From: Vicugna vicugna
Lineage: Eukaryota
NCBI GenBank assembly: GCA_013265495.1
Contig: MU058781.1
Span: forward strand, 9,405,009 to 9,469,008
Reading direction: 5' to 3'
DNA length: 64,000 bases
Positions 1 through 12,230 of the stretch are shown piece by piece. Every line of letters begins with the position of its first letter. Within the stretch, counting starts at the first letter, position 1. The position numbers and the translations under genes were made by a program. The notes under the pieces were generated by a model. That model did no database searches. It was not told the origin of the DNA and saw nothing but the letters and a program-made list of their open reading frames with translations.

Positions 1-504
1 AAATCTGCCATCTCCATACTGTTAGGTGGTCAGATGTACTAAAGATTAAATGAAATGTTTCAAAATTGGTTATCATGGATTTGATTGTGCAGATGGCCAA
101 ACTAAATTGATTTCTAAGAATTTGCTTTGTTAATTTATCAAGTTATCCTTAATGTTCAAATTAGGAAACGATTTGGCTAGATGTGGGTGAAGAAGACGAA
201 CATGACCTTGTTTTAATAGTGATGGCCAACTCATCCTTAAAAATGCACCACTTCTCCTGTGAGATCTTCTCAGACCTCTCTCTCCACTGTCCAGCCATTA
301 GTTACTACCTGAGTTGATCCATGTGCAGCACTAAGCATATAGTGTCTAGGACCATGAAAATGTGATCATAAAGGTTAGCTTTCACTATTATTATTTTTAA
401 TATTTATAATACAGTTTACTTAATAGATATAAAGGATTTACTTTCATTTTATAATTAAAATATTTTTATCTACTGTGTGCTCTTCTGTGACTACCTGTAC
501 ATCA

Positions 505-605
505 TACATGTATTCAATCAGGCATCGAAAATGTATTGCTTGCCTAGTGTGTTTTAGGTGCTGGCACTAGAACCCAGAGATAGATGACTAAGGCAGAGGT
601 GTCCT
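505..605 (-). mobile_element. L2 LINE 3' end fragment (degenerate)
   Basis: tattcaatca...atgtattgcttgcctagtgtgttttaggtgctggcactag resembles the reverse complement of the L2 3' terminus; matched by eye. Confidence 0.45.
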
Positions 606-1002
606 TTTGAAAATGATATTTTAGCTCTTACAATAATGTATTATGCTAGTGTATTTATTTATGTCTTTTATGTTGTGAGTTCATTTGAGGTCAAAACCAT
701 GAGAGCCAAAACATTCATATCAACTTGCCCTGAAATAATTCAGAATTAGAGAGATAAATCATTACAAAGTAACCTTGCATTGGTCAAACTACTTTTATTT
801 TTTAATTTAAATGTTTAAATTTTTATTAGCATTTAGCACAGTATCTGACACCTAGAAAACTTTTAATAAGCACAATTACTATTATCAGGCTGTTTATTTC
901 AATGTTGCACCCTGAATGACTTTTCATGAAACCTACTATTCAGTAAAGAGGCCAAAAAAAGGGTAGAACATCATGCTAAAAGGTTAACCATTGCTGAGTT
1001 TT

Positions 1003-1160
1003 TAACCCCCAGTTTGATTGAGATGTAACTGACCTGTAACATGGTATATGTTTAAGGTATATAACATGATTTGATAGATGTACATGTTGCAAAATGATCA
1101 CTATAAGAAGTTAAATTAACATCCATTACCTCATATTGTCTTTTTTTCTCTTGTGACAAA
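1003..1160 (-). mobile_element. L1 3' UTR fragment (L1MA9/L1MA10-like)
   Basis: ttgagatgtaactgac...tttaaggtatataacatgatttgatagatgtacat...aacatccattacctca matches the antisense 3' end of old L1MA elements. Confidence 0.7.
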
Positions 1161-1419
1161 ATTACTTTTTAAAACACTATTCCGTATTCAGTTCTGGACA
1201 CATTAGGAATGCTGAGGACTTCAGCATATTGATATTCCTATTTATCCTTTAGGAGACCATTTCCTATGAACAATAACTACTCTCATCAGCATCACGATTA
1301 CTCCTTACTGCCAATACGTAGTGTTGTATGGGGCTCCCACACCTTAGAATAATTCTATGTGATGTGGAGGGCAGCAGATTCTTCTGTATTTTTTGAATGT
1401 GGTCAACCTTCCCAGATAA

Positions 1420-1515
1420 CATAAGTGATTTCCTTAAGCTTATGCATCTAGTAAGTCTAGCATCAGGGCTCAAATCCAAGTTTCCTCAGTTCAAGTCCAT
1501 TGTGTTCACCACTAG
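1420..1515 (-). mobile_element. MIR fragment
   Basis: aagtgatttccttaag...ctagtaagt...gggctcaaatccaag resembles the antisense MIR core/5' region. Confidence 0.45.
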
Positions 1516-1849
1516 ATGATAATGGTGGGGATATTACTTGGGTAGTTGAAGAAGCTGAGGTGGTTTCATAGTAAAAAAGGAGAGCTATGTGGAAAGATGA
1601 TTGCTGTCTTTACCTGTTTGAAAGCTCATTCTGTAGGCTTACTCTGAAACTTCTCAGGGTAAAACTTGAATGTGTTTGTTGCTTATGAATGCTTCTGTTT
1701 TGGCTTAATAAGGAATTTTTTTTTTGATATGCAGAGCCAGAAGTCGGCAGGCCCTACCATGCCCTTGTGCACTGGCCTCTGTTCACTCATTTGCTTCATT
1801 TCATCAAATTCTTCCCCATCTCATTCACAACTCATTAGTCATCTTTTCT

Positions 1850-1955
1850 ACCACAGAGCCTTTGCACTGCTAAGCCCTCTGCCTAGGTTGCCATTCTCCT
1901 TTCCCCAGTTTTGCTTGCTTGAATCTCTCATATCCTTTTGGACTCAGCTGAAAGG
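1850..1955 (+). mobile_element. L2 fragment
   Basis: cagagcctttgcactgct..ccctctgcctagg...tccttttggactcagctgaaa is a typical L2 3' region motif. Confidence 0.55.
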
Positions 1956-2044
1956 TTGCTTGGTTGGCTGTCTTGGATCTTTTTGGACTCAGCTTAAAGG
2001 AGAAGAATTTCCAAAGAGAATGAACGTTGTGTGCCAACCTCACA

Positions 2045-2590
2045 AAAGAGTCAGGAGTGCAAGCAACAGAAAATGCACTCTAACCAGAAGTGAAGCTTAT
2101 TGACAGGATATTGGGAAGCTCGTGGGAGAGAGCCCTCCTTGGGAGCACTGAAGAACTAGGAACACAGTTAAATTTTTAGGAACAGTGTTCAGAGCCATGC
2201 CAGAGAACTGGCCCAGAGAGGAATCTTCCACCACCCGTGCTGGCCCACTGAGCACTAGAGGCTGCAGTCTGCACTGCTGCTAGGAAATCTGCTGTGTTGC
2301 ATCTGCTGCTGGCAGTCGTGCTACTCTGGGAACTCAGCCTTGCCACCAGTGTTGGTCCCCTAAGCTGGACACCTCTGTTGCCATCTTGACCAGTAAAAGC
2401 AAATGGAATCCACACCATTTTGTATGGTCTTTCGTCTAGTTGTTCACATGTGAATGTCGGTTTTGCAAGGGTGAATCCAATGGGTGGTGCTGAAGTCACC
2501 CAAGCTGCAGAGATGGCTGGAGAGCTGACTTTCTTAAGCTCTGTCTTGGTAAAGTGGGACTCAGAAAGCCAAAAATGACCCGGCTACATC
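2045..2590 (-). mobile_element. MaLR LTR, MLT1 family (MLT1N2/L/M-like)
   Basis: tgcaagcaacagaaaatgcactct...cttattgacaggatattgggaagctc and aagctgcagagatggctggagagc are hallmark motifs of old MLT1 LTRs. Confidence 0.65.
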
Positions 2591-2624
2591 CAGGGTGTTT
2601 CAAAGGTGTTGGCCAGCCAGAAAA

Positions 2625-2740
2625 CAGGGCAAGTATCCTGACACTAAGACCCAAGGTTCTCATCTGTATTAAGGCCAATCAGACCTACATTACAGGGTTG
2701 TTACCAGGATTAAGTAAGGTAATTTAGATGAAACTGTTTA
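2625..2740 (+). mobile_element. MIR fragment
   Basis: gggcaagt...ttctcatctgta...acctacattacagggttgttaccaggattaagtaaggtaat is the MIR core and 3' part. Confidence 0.6.
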
Positions 2741-5700
2741 ATAATATATATATTTTTTACTATGATTTATATCTTTCGCCAAAGCATGAAATTGAGTGCT
2801 TAATAAGTTGATTCATCTCTAATTCACTTTAGAAGCTTTTAGAATAGGAAGGCCATTCTGCCTCTGCAAAAGGCACTGTAAATGTCTTGGAGAAATAAAA
2901 CAACAACAACAAACACTTTCTTATATCAAAGAGCTGCCCTCATACATTTATATCATCTCCATATTTTAATTTTTTTAATGGAAACATACAAACTGATACC
3001 AAGCATAGAAATGGGAGTTTTAAAATTGGAGTGCGTTTTCAGCTACTTTTGACTTGTTTCTGAATTTTAAGTATTTGTTCTGCTTTGGTTTTTTACTCTG
3101 GTTTCATCGTGAATACAGACCTCTTGTTCCAAACCAGACAATGGGCTTATTCAATTCTCAGTGCCCTCTACATTTGGTTGTTCTGCCGTGGCCTTTCAGT
3201 GACTCTACTGGAGGGATTATTATCTTAGAAAAAATGTGGACGTGACACATGAGTTTTTAGCACAACTAATAGCAATTGTGTAAAAGAGGGTGTGAGTGTA
3301 AATCGCTGGAGAAGTTGCCAGATTTGCATTAACGCTTATGCAATGGGAATTAGTCACATAAGGAGAGGTCAGTTTCAGTGTAATTTCAGTGGAGAAAGGG
3401 CTGTTTTCTTCTTTGACAGAAGTGTTTCTCTGTATAACATCTCAAGCTTTTGAGTTGGGCTACTTAATTAGCATTAGCTTTCCTTTTTTGGGGGGGTAAA
3501 TATTAAATAGAAATGATTGCTAGAAAAAGTAGCACATGACTTAGCTTTGCAATGCCAAATGCCAGGTTGTAACTGCAAGATTTTTTTTTTTTTTGCCATC
3601 CTCAAGTTATATCTTATTCAAGAATATGCAGAATTTTAAGATATGTGTTTTCAGATTTCTTCTTACTTCAGCGATGGTTACTTCATACTAGATTGAACTG
3701 CCTCCTGGATTTCCAAATCCCTCATGTTGAATTCAGGGGAATTTCTTCTTAATATATTCGTCTCTTCCTCCACATCTTCTCAGCCCTTTTCTCCCCATCT
3801 ATACATATGTGCACACACAATCACTCATTCATTTATGCTTAACCTAAATAGGACATTTGTTTCAGAACGTTGGAAGTCTGGAATTGTGTTTTGGTAGAGG
3901 TCTTAGCTTGAAAGTGGAGTCTATCTTATAAATAGCTTGTAGTCAGTAGAGCTCACTGGGGTAAAGAGAGCACTCTGGCTAACAGTAAATTTTGGTGATT
4001 CAAAATTTACTTCGATGATCTGCTATGTATAACTATTCGTGTGATCTGTGAATATTTTCCGGCCCTGAAAATGTCTAATTTCATCTCTTGAAATACGTAC
4101 TGTGCATCAGGGAGCTGATGATTGGGGAGGGGGATGAGGTGGATGAGGGACATATGAAACACTCAGCGCTGAAGCTTTTGCTTTAATTGCTGTTGTTGAA
4201 AGTGACTTGACACTGTCCACCCCCACTGCCTCAAGTCTGCAAAGGAGTTCTCAATGTGGGGGTATTGTGATTGCCTTTTCTTTTATTGACTCACTAAATT
4301 CTGAGATTACTCTCTACCATTAGATATTGACAAACCATAAAATTCTTACGGAACGTGCTCAGTCGTGACTTATAAAGAATTATCTTGTTAATAAACTGAG
4401 CATCATTTGGAATTCAAGTTTAATTAAAATGGAAAAGTAAATGATTATGTAAAGATTTTTCCTCATGTAAGCCTGTATACTTTTATTGCCTCTGCCTTTT
4501 CTCTGAATTCATGGATTTTTATTTCAAACCCATTTTTGCAACGTGAATTTTACACAATCTGTTGTAATACCTGCTCTCTTGTTAGCTTTTGATTTAAAGA
4601 TTTTTTTTTTCTAACTGAAAAGGTTGAGAAAGGCTTCTGAAGTAGAGTCTGGGGGAGGTAGAAATGAAAAACAAATCTTTGGTATCCAGGGGTTTTCATT
4701 TTTAAGGATTCTATTTAAAGATAATGATTGTTTATGGACTCTTTAAAGATGTTTTCTCGTGTGAGTTGCCAGATAACAGATTAGTTATCTGAGAGTGGTT
4801 TGAAAGGCCTTTTGAAATTGCCTGGGTGACAATATTACCTTATGGTACTTATAAAGCTCCTTTGAAGTTGGCTTTTTATACTGGAAAACCAGAAAGTATT
4901 TTTTTTCTTCTTTTATTAAACAGAAAGTAATACGTGGACCAGAGATTTAGTAAAATGTTGTGGAAGAAATATACTTGTTATTTCTGTGACTGACTCGATT
5001 TTTTCATCTTTTGGTCTTTGTGGGTTACAGGATTTTTCTGTAATTCAGATTCTTAGAATCATGTGTATGCTGCTTTATGTAAATAGTGCATAATTACCAA
5101 GTATACACTGTCATGCCTCCGAAATTGAGGCCGTCTTCCCCTTTCTCACCTTCTCTTTACCTCCAGATATTATTTGGTGCAAAGTCTGGATTGCTGCTCC
5201 CAAGCTTGGTTGTTAAGAGAGCTTTGGGTTGTAGGGCACGAAACATTCCTGCACAACCTTTGTAATAAATACACAGTCACGCGAAAAGAACAGGGTCATT
5301 GGGATGGGCTGTCAGGGTCCAGGCTAGACACTCACAGAGGCAGATACTGTACTTGGGGTTGGTGGGAGTGTATGGGAACCCTCTTCAGTCCAGGCTTATC
5401 TGAGCTCACAAAGGAACTTCACGGTCCGCTGCTCTCCAAAAGCAATTTAGGCAGGCCCTTTTCTTCCCAACTAGCTTTTAAGCGCTCCTGGGGCCTTCAG
5501 GCCTATTCCCTTGGGCCTCTCAGATTATGAATGCATAAACCTTAATGATTTTGGAATCCTAAAGAAAGATATCCAAACCAGAGTATCATCAAGACATGAT
5601 TCTGCTAATCGAATGAACAAATACATAGTAAGGTATCACAGATTCACTCGATTCTAACAGTAAATACAGCAGGTAGTCCCTGCAACCCTTGAAGAGCATT

Positions 5701-6409
5701 GATTCTGTTTTAGCCTTGATAGGATGGTTGACATTGATTACAAATTTGCATTCAAATAGTGGAACCAGTCTCGTTTGAGAGATTAACAACTAAGAGCAGC
5801 AGAAATGATTTTAGTTTTTATGGTTTGACAAAAGACCAAGGCATTTGATGAATACACACGTTGGGTTATTTGTAGCATCTTGGAGCCTTCATCTTCTCAT
5901 AACCCACAGTTATGTAGATGATGCAGCTTTTTGCCCCTTTCAGTGTTGTCTTTCAAAATAAAAATTGTTATTGGGATTATTTTAAATATATAGTTTCTTA
6001 AAAGACTTTAAATATTCGATTGTTTTAAGCAATCTTTGATGTTAACCTGAATCCAGCCCAAAAGCCCCTCATGAGAGGGTAGAAACATTCATATGGAATT
6101 TGTTTTAATAGGATTTAACCTATAGGGTTCTGATTCTCTCTTCCCTTCAGTTTTTATCAAGTTTTTAATTGCCCACCAGATGATTTATTTTAGAATTGGC
6201 CTACTTTTTTTTTTTTTTACTTCAGTGCCTGTGGGCAAATGTAAATTTATAGCTGAATTAGCAAACCTGGGATCTCTGTATAAGTTAATAACTACAATAG
6301 GGACTCAAGTAACTGATTTCCCTGCTCTCCTAGGTTGACTGTGCTTGTTAGGTCGTGGAGCTAGGATTGGGAGATGAAGGGGTTCCTGGGGGCATAGCTG
6401 ACTCCACAG

Positions 6410-6560
6410 TGTTTTATTTATTAATATAAAAAGAATATATGTTTATTGTAGAAAATATGGAAAAGTGAAAAAGAGGAAAAGAAAATCTATTATTCCTCCA
6501 CCCAGAGATAGTTATATGAACACTTTGGTATCTTCTATTTCTGTCTTTGACTTTTTAAAA
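6410..6560 (-). mobile_element. Old L1 (L1ME/L1MC4-like) 3' fragment
   Basis: aatatatgtttattgtagaaaat...cctccacccagagatagtta...cactttggtat resembles the antisense L1ME4/MC4 3' end. Confidence 0.55.
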
Positions 6561-6700
6561 ATATATTATATGTAAAAAAATACATATACTTCTGCAATAT
6601 ATATATATATATAGCATATATAAAAATATACAATTATGTTTATAAATATATAAAATAATGTGTAAAATATACTACATACATTTCTGTAAAAAAATAATAA
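6560..6700. repeat. AT-rich low-complexity tract with (AT)8
   Basis: (AT)8 at 6597-6612 inside an almost pure A/T stretch. Confidence 0.8.
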
Positions 6701-7179
6701 AATGCCTACCTGTGTGTCCGCCATCCAGCTTAGCAGAGTATCACCCACTTTGTTTCATCTCTCAGTCGTGTCTCTTCACTTCTGCCCCTGGTGCAGTTTT
6801 TTTTTCCTTTTCAGTTAAAATTTTTCTTCCAAAAAAAAAAGTTACTGTGATTATTATAAACACACCAAGTTCTCAAAATATTTTCAATAATTCAGTATCC
6901 TGGATTTTGTTGGTGTCCTTTTCTTGGGTTCCTTTATAATTTCACCACACATGTGTGTGCCCCTAAATAATAATTACTTTTTTTGGTATGTTTTAAATCT
7001 TCAAATATTTAGAACTGTATTGCCCTTCTTTTATAGCAAGTTACTTTTTTCAGTTAACATTTTATGTTTTGCTACGTGTGCACCTGTAGTACATTTGGTT
7101 TCACTTCTCTAGAGTTTTACTTTGAACGAATGTTACCACAATTTACCCATTTCCTGTCGATGGACATTTGGGTTTCAGT

Positions 7180-7896
7180 TGTGCAGCAAATTCTGTCAGT
7201 GCCTCACCCATGACCCTTGGATCTTTCTCGGTGCTCTCACCAGTTTCCAAATGCTGTTGCCTGCATCTATGCCTGAGGAAGTTTCTCTGCACTATCTGCA
7301 GGGATGTGCAGCGAGTGCACAATGTAACAGGCCTGATGTGCCCATGGGAGTAGCTCTCCACCAGTGATGTTTGAGAATTGGGGTATAAATACCTCCCCTC
7401 CCTCAGATCACTCCCATCCCCATAGTTTACCCATGAGGTGATACTCCAGTGATCCATGTAGCACCTGGTATAATAATACAGTCATTCCTTGGTATCCACA
7501 GGAGATTGTTTCCAGGAGCCCTCGTGTGTATCAAAATCCATGGATGCTCAAGTCCCTAATGTAAAATGACATAGTACAGTAGGTCCTCTGTATTTATGGG
7601 CATTGCATCCCTAAATTCAGCCAGTCACGGGTGGAAATTTTATGGTTGACTCCATGGATGCAAAACCTTCAAATTTGAAAGACCAACTGTATTTATTGAA
7701 AAAAATCCATGTATAAGTGGACCCCTGGAGTTGAAACCCATGTTGTTCAAGGGTCAACTGTATACTCTTTACTGGCTGCCTTTCCTTCCATATGTTACTT
7801 CTCCACACATCTACCTGTCTTCTTGTTTATTTTTCCTTCAAAGTAACTTTAATCCTTACCCCAGAGTCTGCTTCTAGGAGAAGCTAAACTAAGACA
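7180..7896 (+). mobile_element. ERVL solo LTR, LTR16 family (split by MER2B)
   Basis: Starts TGT..., contains gggagtagctctccaccagtgat...ggtataaatacc, and ends with the LTR16 terminus gtctgcttctaggagaagctaaactaagaca. Confidence 0.8.
7479..7760 (+). mobile_element. TcMar-Tigger MITE, MER2B-like
   Basis: TA|cagtcattccttggtatcc...aaaatccatggatgctcaagtccc...ttgaaacccatgttgttcaagggtcaactg|TA; TA target duplication at 7477-7478 and 7761-7762. Confidence 0.88.
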
Positions 7897-9929
7897 GGTT
7901 GTTTATTGCTATGGTCATGCTTGCACACGTATCCAGTTAGCCAGAGCAAGTATTTCTCTGGGATTTATTCCCAAGCAAGATGACTGGGTTCCAGGGTATG
8001 CCTATGTTCAACCTTAGTAGATAATGCTGATGTCTTTTCTAGGAAGTAACCAACACTCATGAGTAGTGTGTGGGTATTCCTGCTATTAAACATCCTCGCT
8101 AACTCACCTTTGGTATTTTTGTGAGAATAAAGTGGCTTCTCATGATTTTATTTTGGGTTTTTGGATAATTAATGGGATTGTGTATCTTGCCATATATTAT
8201 TGGCCATTTGTATTTCTTTTCTGTGAAGTGTGTATTTGTATCTTTTGTCGCTTTTTCTATTGGTCTGTAGTTTCTCTTTGCAGGAGCTCTTTATATATTC
8301 TAGCTACTAGTGTTTATGTGCTTTAAAGGTATCTTTTCCCAGTTTGTGGCTTGTTAATTCACTTTCCTATGAACACTTTCGATGAATAAATATTAATTTA
8401 AAGTAGATGAATTTAGAAGAAAGCATTAAGTCTTTCATAATTAAGTATATTACTTGTAAATTTTTCTTAGATGCCCTTTTAAATTGGAATGTTTAGCACA
8501 TTTGTATTAAATATAATTGCTGATATGATTGGGTTTAAATCTATCATCTAATTTATTTTTTGTTTTTCTTATTTTCTTTCTTCTTCCTCCCCTTATTCCC
8601 CCTTCTCTTCCTCTTCTTGTCTTGTCCTATTTAATACTTCACACATATAAGCAAAAATCCAATAGAGTAAAATCTTGGCAGTGTTTTTATCATGTGGACA
8701 AGTGGAAGATTCCTTTCTCTTCTGAAATTGCCAGCTGTCTAGTAGATACCTGGAATACAATGTTTCTGACTGAATGGGTTTGGACATTAATCATATCGTG
8801 AAAATTATGGAGTGTGAGTTTGTAATACTGTGCCACATTCAGTGGGTGACGTTGTTTGCTAATAAGGTGGCTCTTGAAATGCCACAGAACCAGACAAATA
8901 TGCTAGAAAACACCAAACAGTTGAACATGATACCTTTGAAGGGCTATGTGAAACAGGTAATGGGAAACATGTAAAGAGTGGAACTTAGAGGAAGTTCTGT
9001 GTGCAGCTCATCAGGTCCGCGACCGAGTTATTCTCACATCAAGGGTCTCGTGCAAGAGACCACCCAAAGCCGCGTCTTGTTTCATTCATCCAATAAAAGG
9101 AGGCTTGTTGCTTAACTTTCCTATGATAATCTGCCAGTGAGCTGAGCAAACCTCTTTTGTCTTTTTTTTTAAAAAAGTAACTGAAATGACTCGAGAAAGC
9201 TTTATCAGTCAACCGAAGTCTTGCTGCTTTAAACATCTTAGTGTAGAGGACTCCTTGTAGTGTTTATAAAATGAGGTTGTGTGAGGTCACTTGAGTGGTG
9301 TTTGTTTTTCTGGCAACTACTGCAGTGGCAGTTACATACTGCTGGAGATGCTTTGTTTGGGAATGTGTAATATCATAAGCATACAGCTTTTTTGGTCTGT
9401 ACTTCCTAAAGCAGCATTTCACTCTGTGCATAGATAGCATGGTATATAATAGTTCTTGTGATTTTAATAACAGAATTCTAATGTGTAAGACCTACAGTGG
9501 GTCTTAGACATCATCCAACTCTTTCCCTTAATGGAAAAATAAATAGTCACGGAGAAATTAAAGAACTCATTTCAATCATGCTGACTAGGAAATCTAGGTA
9601 GATCATGTAAAGTGGAGATTTAACTCAAAAAATGTGTTGGTGGTCGACTACTGATCTGGCAGAAACATTCATACAATTTTTTCTTTTGACTCTCAGGTCC
9701 CTTAATTCAGAAAGTAACTAAAGTTTCAGGAATGAGAAGGACAGGCTAAGTTTCAGGAGAATGTCTATTTCTCAAGTGCTGCATTCAGTGGACAGTGGTG
9801 GGATGGGGCATAGGAGTCATAAATCTATGCCTGGGGGCATTATATCCAGTCTCATCGGATTCTGAAGGCCGAATCTCATGCTTCCATGTCTTTGGGCAGC
9901 CCCTGTCAGTGATTGCTTAAGAAAGAGAG

Positions 9930-10018
9930 GATACTTTAAAATGTTTAAAATGGAAAATTTTATGTTATATATATTTTACCACAATTAAACAAAAAAGAAA
10001 TACAAAATTAAAAAAAAA
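9930..10018 (+). mobile_element. L1MB 3' terminal fragment with A-rich tail
   Basis: ctttaaaatgtttaaaatggaaaattttatgttatatatattttaccacaatt followed by an A-rich tail. Confidence 0.75.
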
Positions 10019-10309
10019 GTAGGCTGTGAATTCTCACTGATTTTTCTAGTTCCTTGGGTAAGACAGAAGGTGGGTTCTAATGGGTGTAACTTCTGTGACG
10101 TTCCTCAGGGGAGCTGCCAACTCCTGCAGACAGGGGTCCCTTGTAAAGGCGGAGCTGAGGGGTCATCAGTGAAGATTTGAAAATAAAAATTGGCCTGGAT
10201 GAAGGAGGCCACCCAACCCTCTTCTTTCTGTCTTGTCAAATGACACTTCATTCCTTTTGTTCTGGCCCTGGTGCTGTGCATGACTCATGACTCCACGTAG
10301 GCTTCAATG

Positions 10310-10545
10310 GATGGTATTTATACAGTATCTGTATGTGTGAGGCAATGTACTGGAGACTGTGTATCCATTTTCACAACTGTTTGTCACAGTCGTGTGCTGG
10401 AGGCAGTATTATTCCTATTTTACATACAAGAAAATTGAGGCTCTGAGAAGAGAAGGAAAATTACCATCCAGCCTCATGCAAATAGTTAAGTTAGAGTTAA
10501 CTCCAGGTCTCTGTTGTTGAAATTCTCAATCTTTTTACTATGACA
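10310..10545 (-). mobile_element. MIR (near full length)
   Basis: attattcctattttacatacaagaaaattgaggctctgagaag is the antisense MIR core, with MIR-like flanks. Confidence 0.75.
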
Positions 10546-10677
10546 TAATTCATTCAAATTTTTTATCCCATTGAAGTTAAGTGGGGGCAAAGATTTAGTA
10601 CCTCAGACTTGGTACATATTTTTGCAAGAGAAATGAGTATAAGAAATAGGATTTTTTGTTTGGCATGAAATGAGCAC

Positions 10678-10773
10678 TTCAATCATTCATGAGGTTTTGA
10701 ACGAGTCCACTTTGCACTAGGCACAGTGATCCGTAGCCCCGTACAAGATAGACATGGTTCCTCCTTACAGGGG
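10678..10773 (-). mobile_element. L2 3' end fragment
   Basis: aatcattca...tgcactaggcacagtg...aagatagacatggttcct. Confidence 0.5.
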
Positions 10774-10991
10774 AAAATAAATTATGCCAGAGCTGTGTAA
10801 ACCCACTTCATCTGTATGCAGCGATTTATTTGAAACCTAATTAAGAATAAAAGTAGACCTCTTAACCATTTCTCTGCTACTTTTATTACCACTAAGTGTT
10901 GTCTGGTTTAGCGGGAGCAAAATAGACTAGTTCACCAAAATGTCTTTCTTTGGAGAACTCCCCAAATACTACAGTAAAAATAAATGCATTT

Positions 10992-11134
10992 GGAGGGAGG
11001 GTATATCTCAGTGGTAAAATGTGTGCTTAGCATGCGTGAGGTCCTGGGTTCAATCCCCAGAACATCCATTAAAAGAAATAAATCAATACAAAATAAATAA
11101 ACCCAATTCCCCCCATCCCCAGAACCGCCCCCCC
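10992..11134 (+). mobile_element. Camelid tRNA-derived SINE (Vic type)
   Basis: gggagggtatatctcagtggta...gcttagcatgcgtgaggtcctgggttcaatccccag with A-box and B-box-like motifs and an A-rich then C-rich tail; imperfect TSD aaataaatgcattt (10978-10991) / aaataaatacatgt (11135-11148). Confidence 0.88.
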
Positions 11135-11151
11135 AAATAAATACATGTATT

Positions 11152-11800
11152 CAGTTCTTTTTTTTATGGTAATTATACCTTATGAAATCACTGTGAACAC
11201 TGAATTTGCAAATATGGAACCATTACTCCTAGGGGAAAGACAGGGTTAGGTTCCTATGAGCCTCTGGTCACTACATTTTTGTCAGCTGAATAACACATAA
11301 CCTTGTTTTATGTGTGTTTCTGTTTAAAGACGCTTGATTTAATATATATTGTTGATTGATTAACATTGAACTCACAGCCAACACCCTGTAACTCATGCCT
11401 GTAAGAAGCGTATCTAACACAAGAATTTTCTCCCTAAGCACACCATAGCCTTCCTGTGCACGGGGACGCTGGGCAGCACTTCAGCACCATCCTTAACAGT
11501 GGAGTCACAAACAAAAGCACAAAAACATGAAAAATGAGCACCATATAAACCAAAGGAAGGACATCTGTCTGCTGTAGGAGATTTGAAATGAGGAATCCTT
11601 CCCTGGTCAGAAGCACTTCATCCTGTTGGACCCCGACCTGGGAATGTGTGCCTTGAGCATCTCAAAATTTTTGCTGCTCTCTGCTGGTCCACCAATGAAT
11701 GTGAAAGCACCAAGAGTGTTGATCTGGGGATTACAAAGAAATTTTAGCCAGTGAGACAAGCTTGTAAATACAAAAATCTATGACTAATGCAGTTGGACTC
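11152..11800 (-). mobile_element. TcMar-Tigger DNA transposon MER82
   Basis: ctcctaggggaaagacagggttaggttcct...ccttgttttatgtgtgtttctgtttaaaga...aacattgaactcacagccaaca match the reverse complement of MER82 over ~650 bp. Confidence 0.85.
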
Positions 11801-11849
11801 TACTGTTTTCAATAATAAAAAAAATGATAGTGAAGAAAAACATCAGATG

Positions 11850-12230
11850 TTGCCCCGCAGAGAATTAAGGAGGGTGATGCAGAGGCCCCAGGATGGGTGT
11901 TGCTGGTTGGGAGGTTGGGTGAGGTGCCTCCGAAGAGACTTCCTCTAAAGTGGGATCCGAATCATAGGAAGGAGCTTGTCCTCTGAAGATCAGGGGAAGG
12001 GCATTGGACGTGGGGGGAACAGGCAGAGCAAGGGCTCAAGACAAGAAGGAATTGAGTATAAGGAGCCCCAAGAAGGCTGGTGTGACTGCTGAGCAGTGGG
12101 GGAAGGGCAGGACAGGTCACTAGGGCCTCGTAGGCTGGGATGAGGGGTGAGGATTGGAGTCTAACACCCTGGGACGCATGGGGATGGTTGAATATCGGTG
12201 CTCCTGAAGGTCAGTTTGGGGGCTGCCTGC
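11850..12230 (-). mobile_element. L2 fragment
   Basis: ggggaagggcatt...gggaacaggcagagcaagggctc...aagaaggctggtgtgactg...caggtcactagggcctcgtaggc are typical antisense L2 motifs. Confidence 0.7.

Larger units (their letters stand above)
6880..8620 (-). mobile_element. Old L1 (L1ME-like), interrupted by LTR16 and MER2B
   Basis: 3' UTR part ends ...cctgtcgatggacatttgggtttc (~7179) and resumes at ~7897 (ctctgggatttattccc...tattggccatttgtatttcttttctgtgaagtg = antisense ORF2 end); 8420-8620 resembles a more upstream L1 region. Confidence 0.7.

Noticed and set aside
10992..11075. tRNA-like sequence (also 12940-13020)
   Set aside because: It is the tRNA-derived head of a SINE, with SINE tail and TSD; the stems are degenerate, so it is not a tRNA gene.
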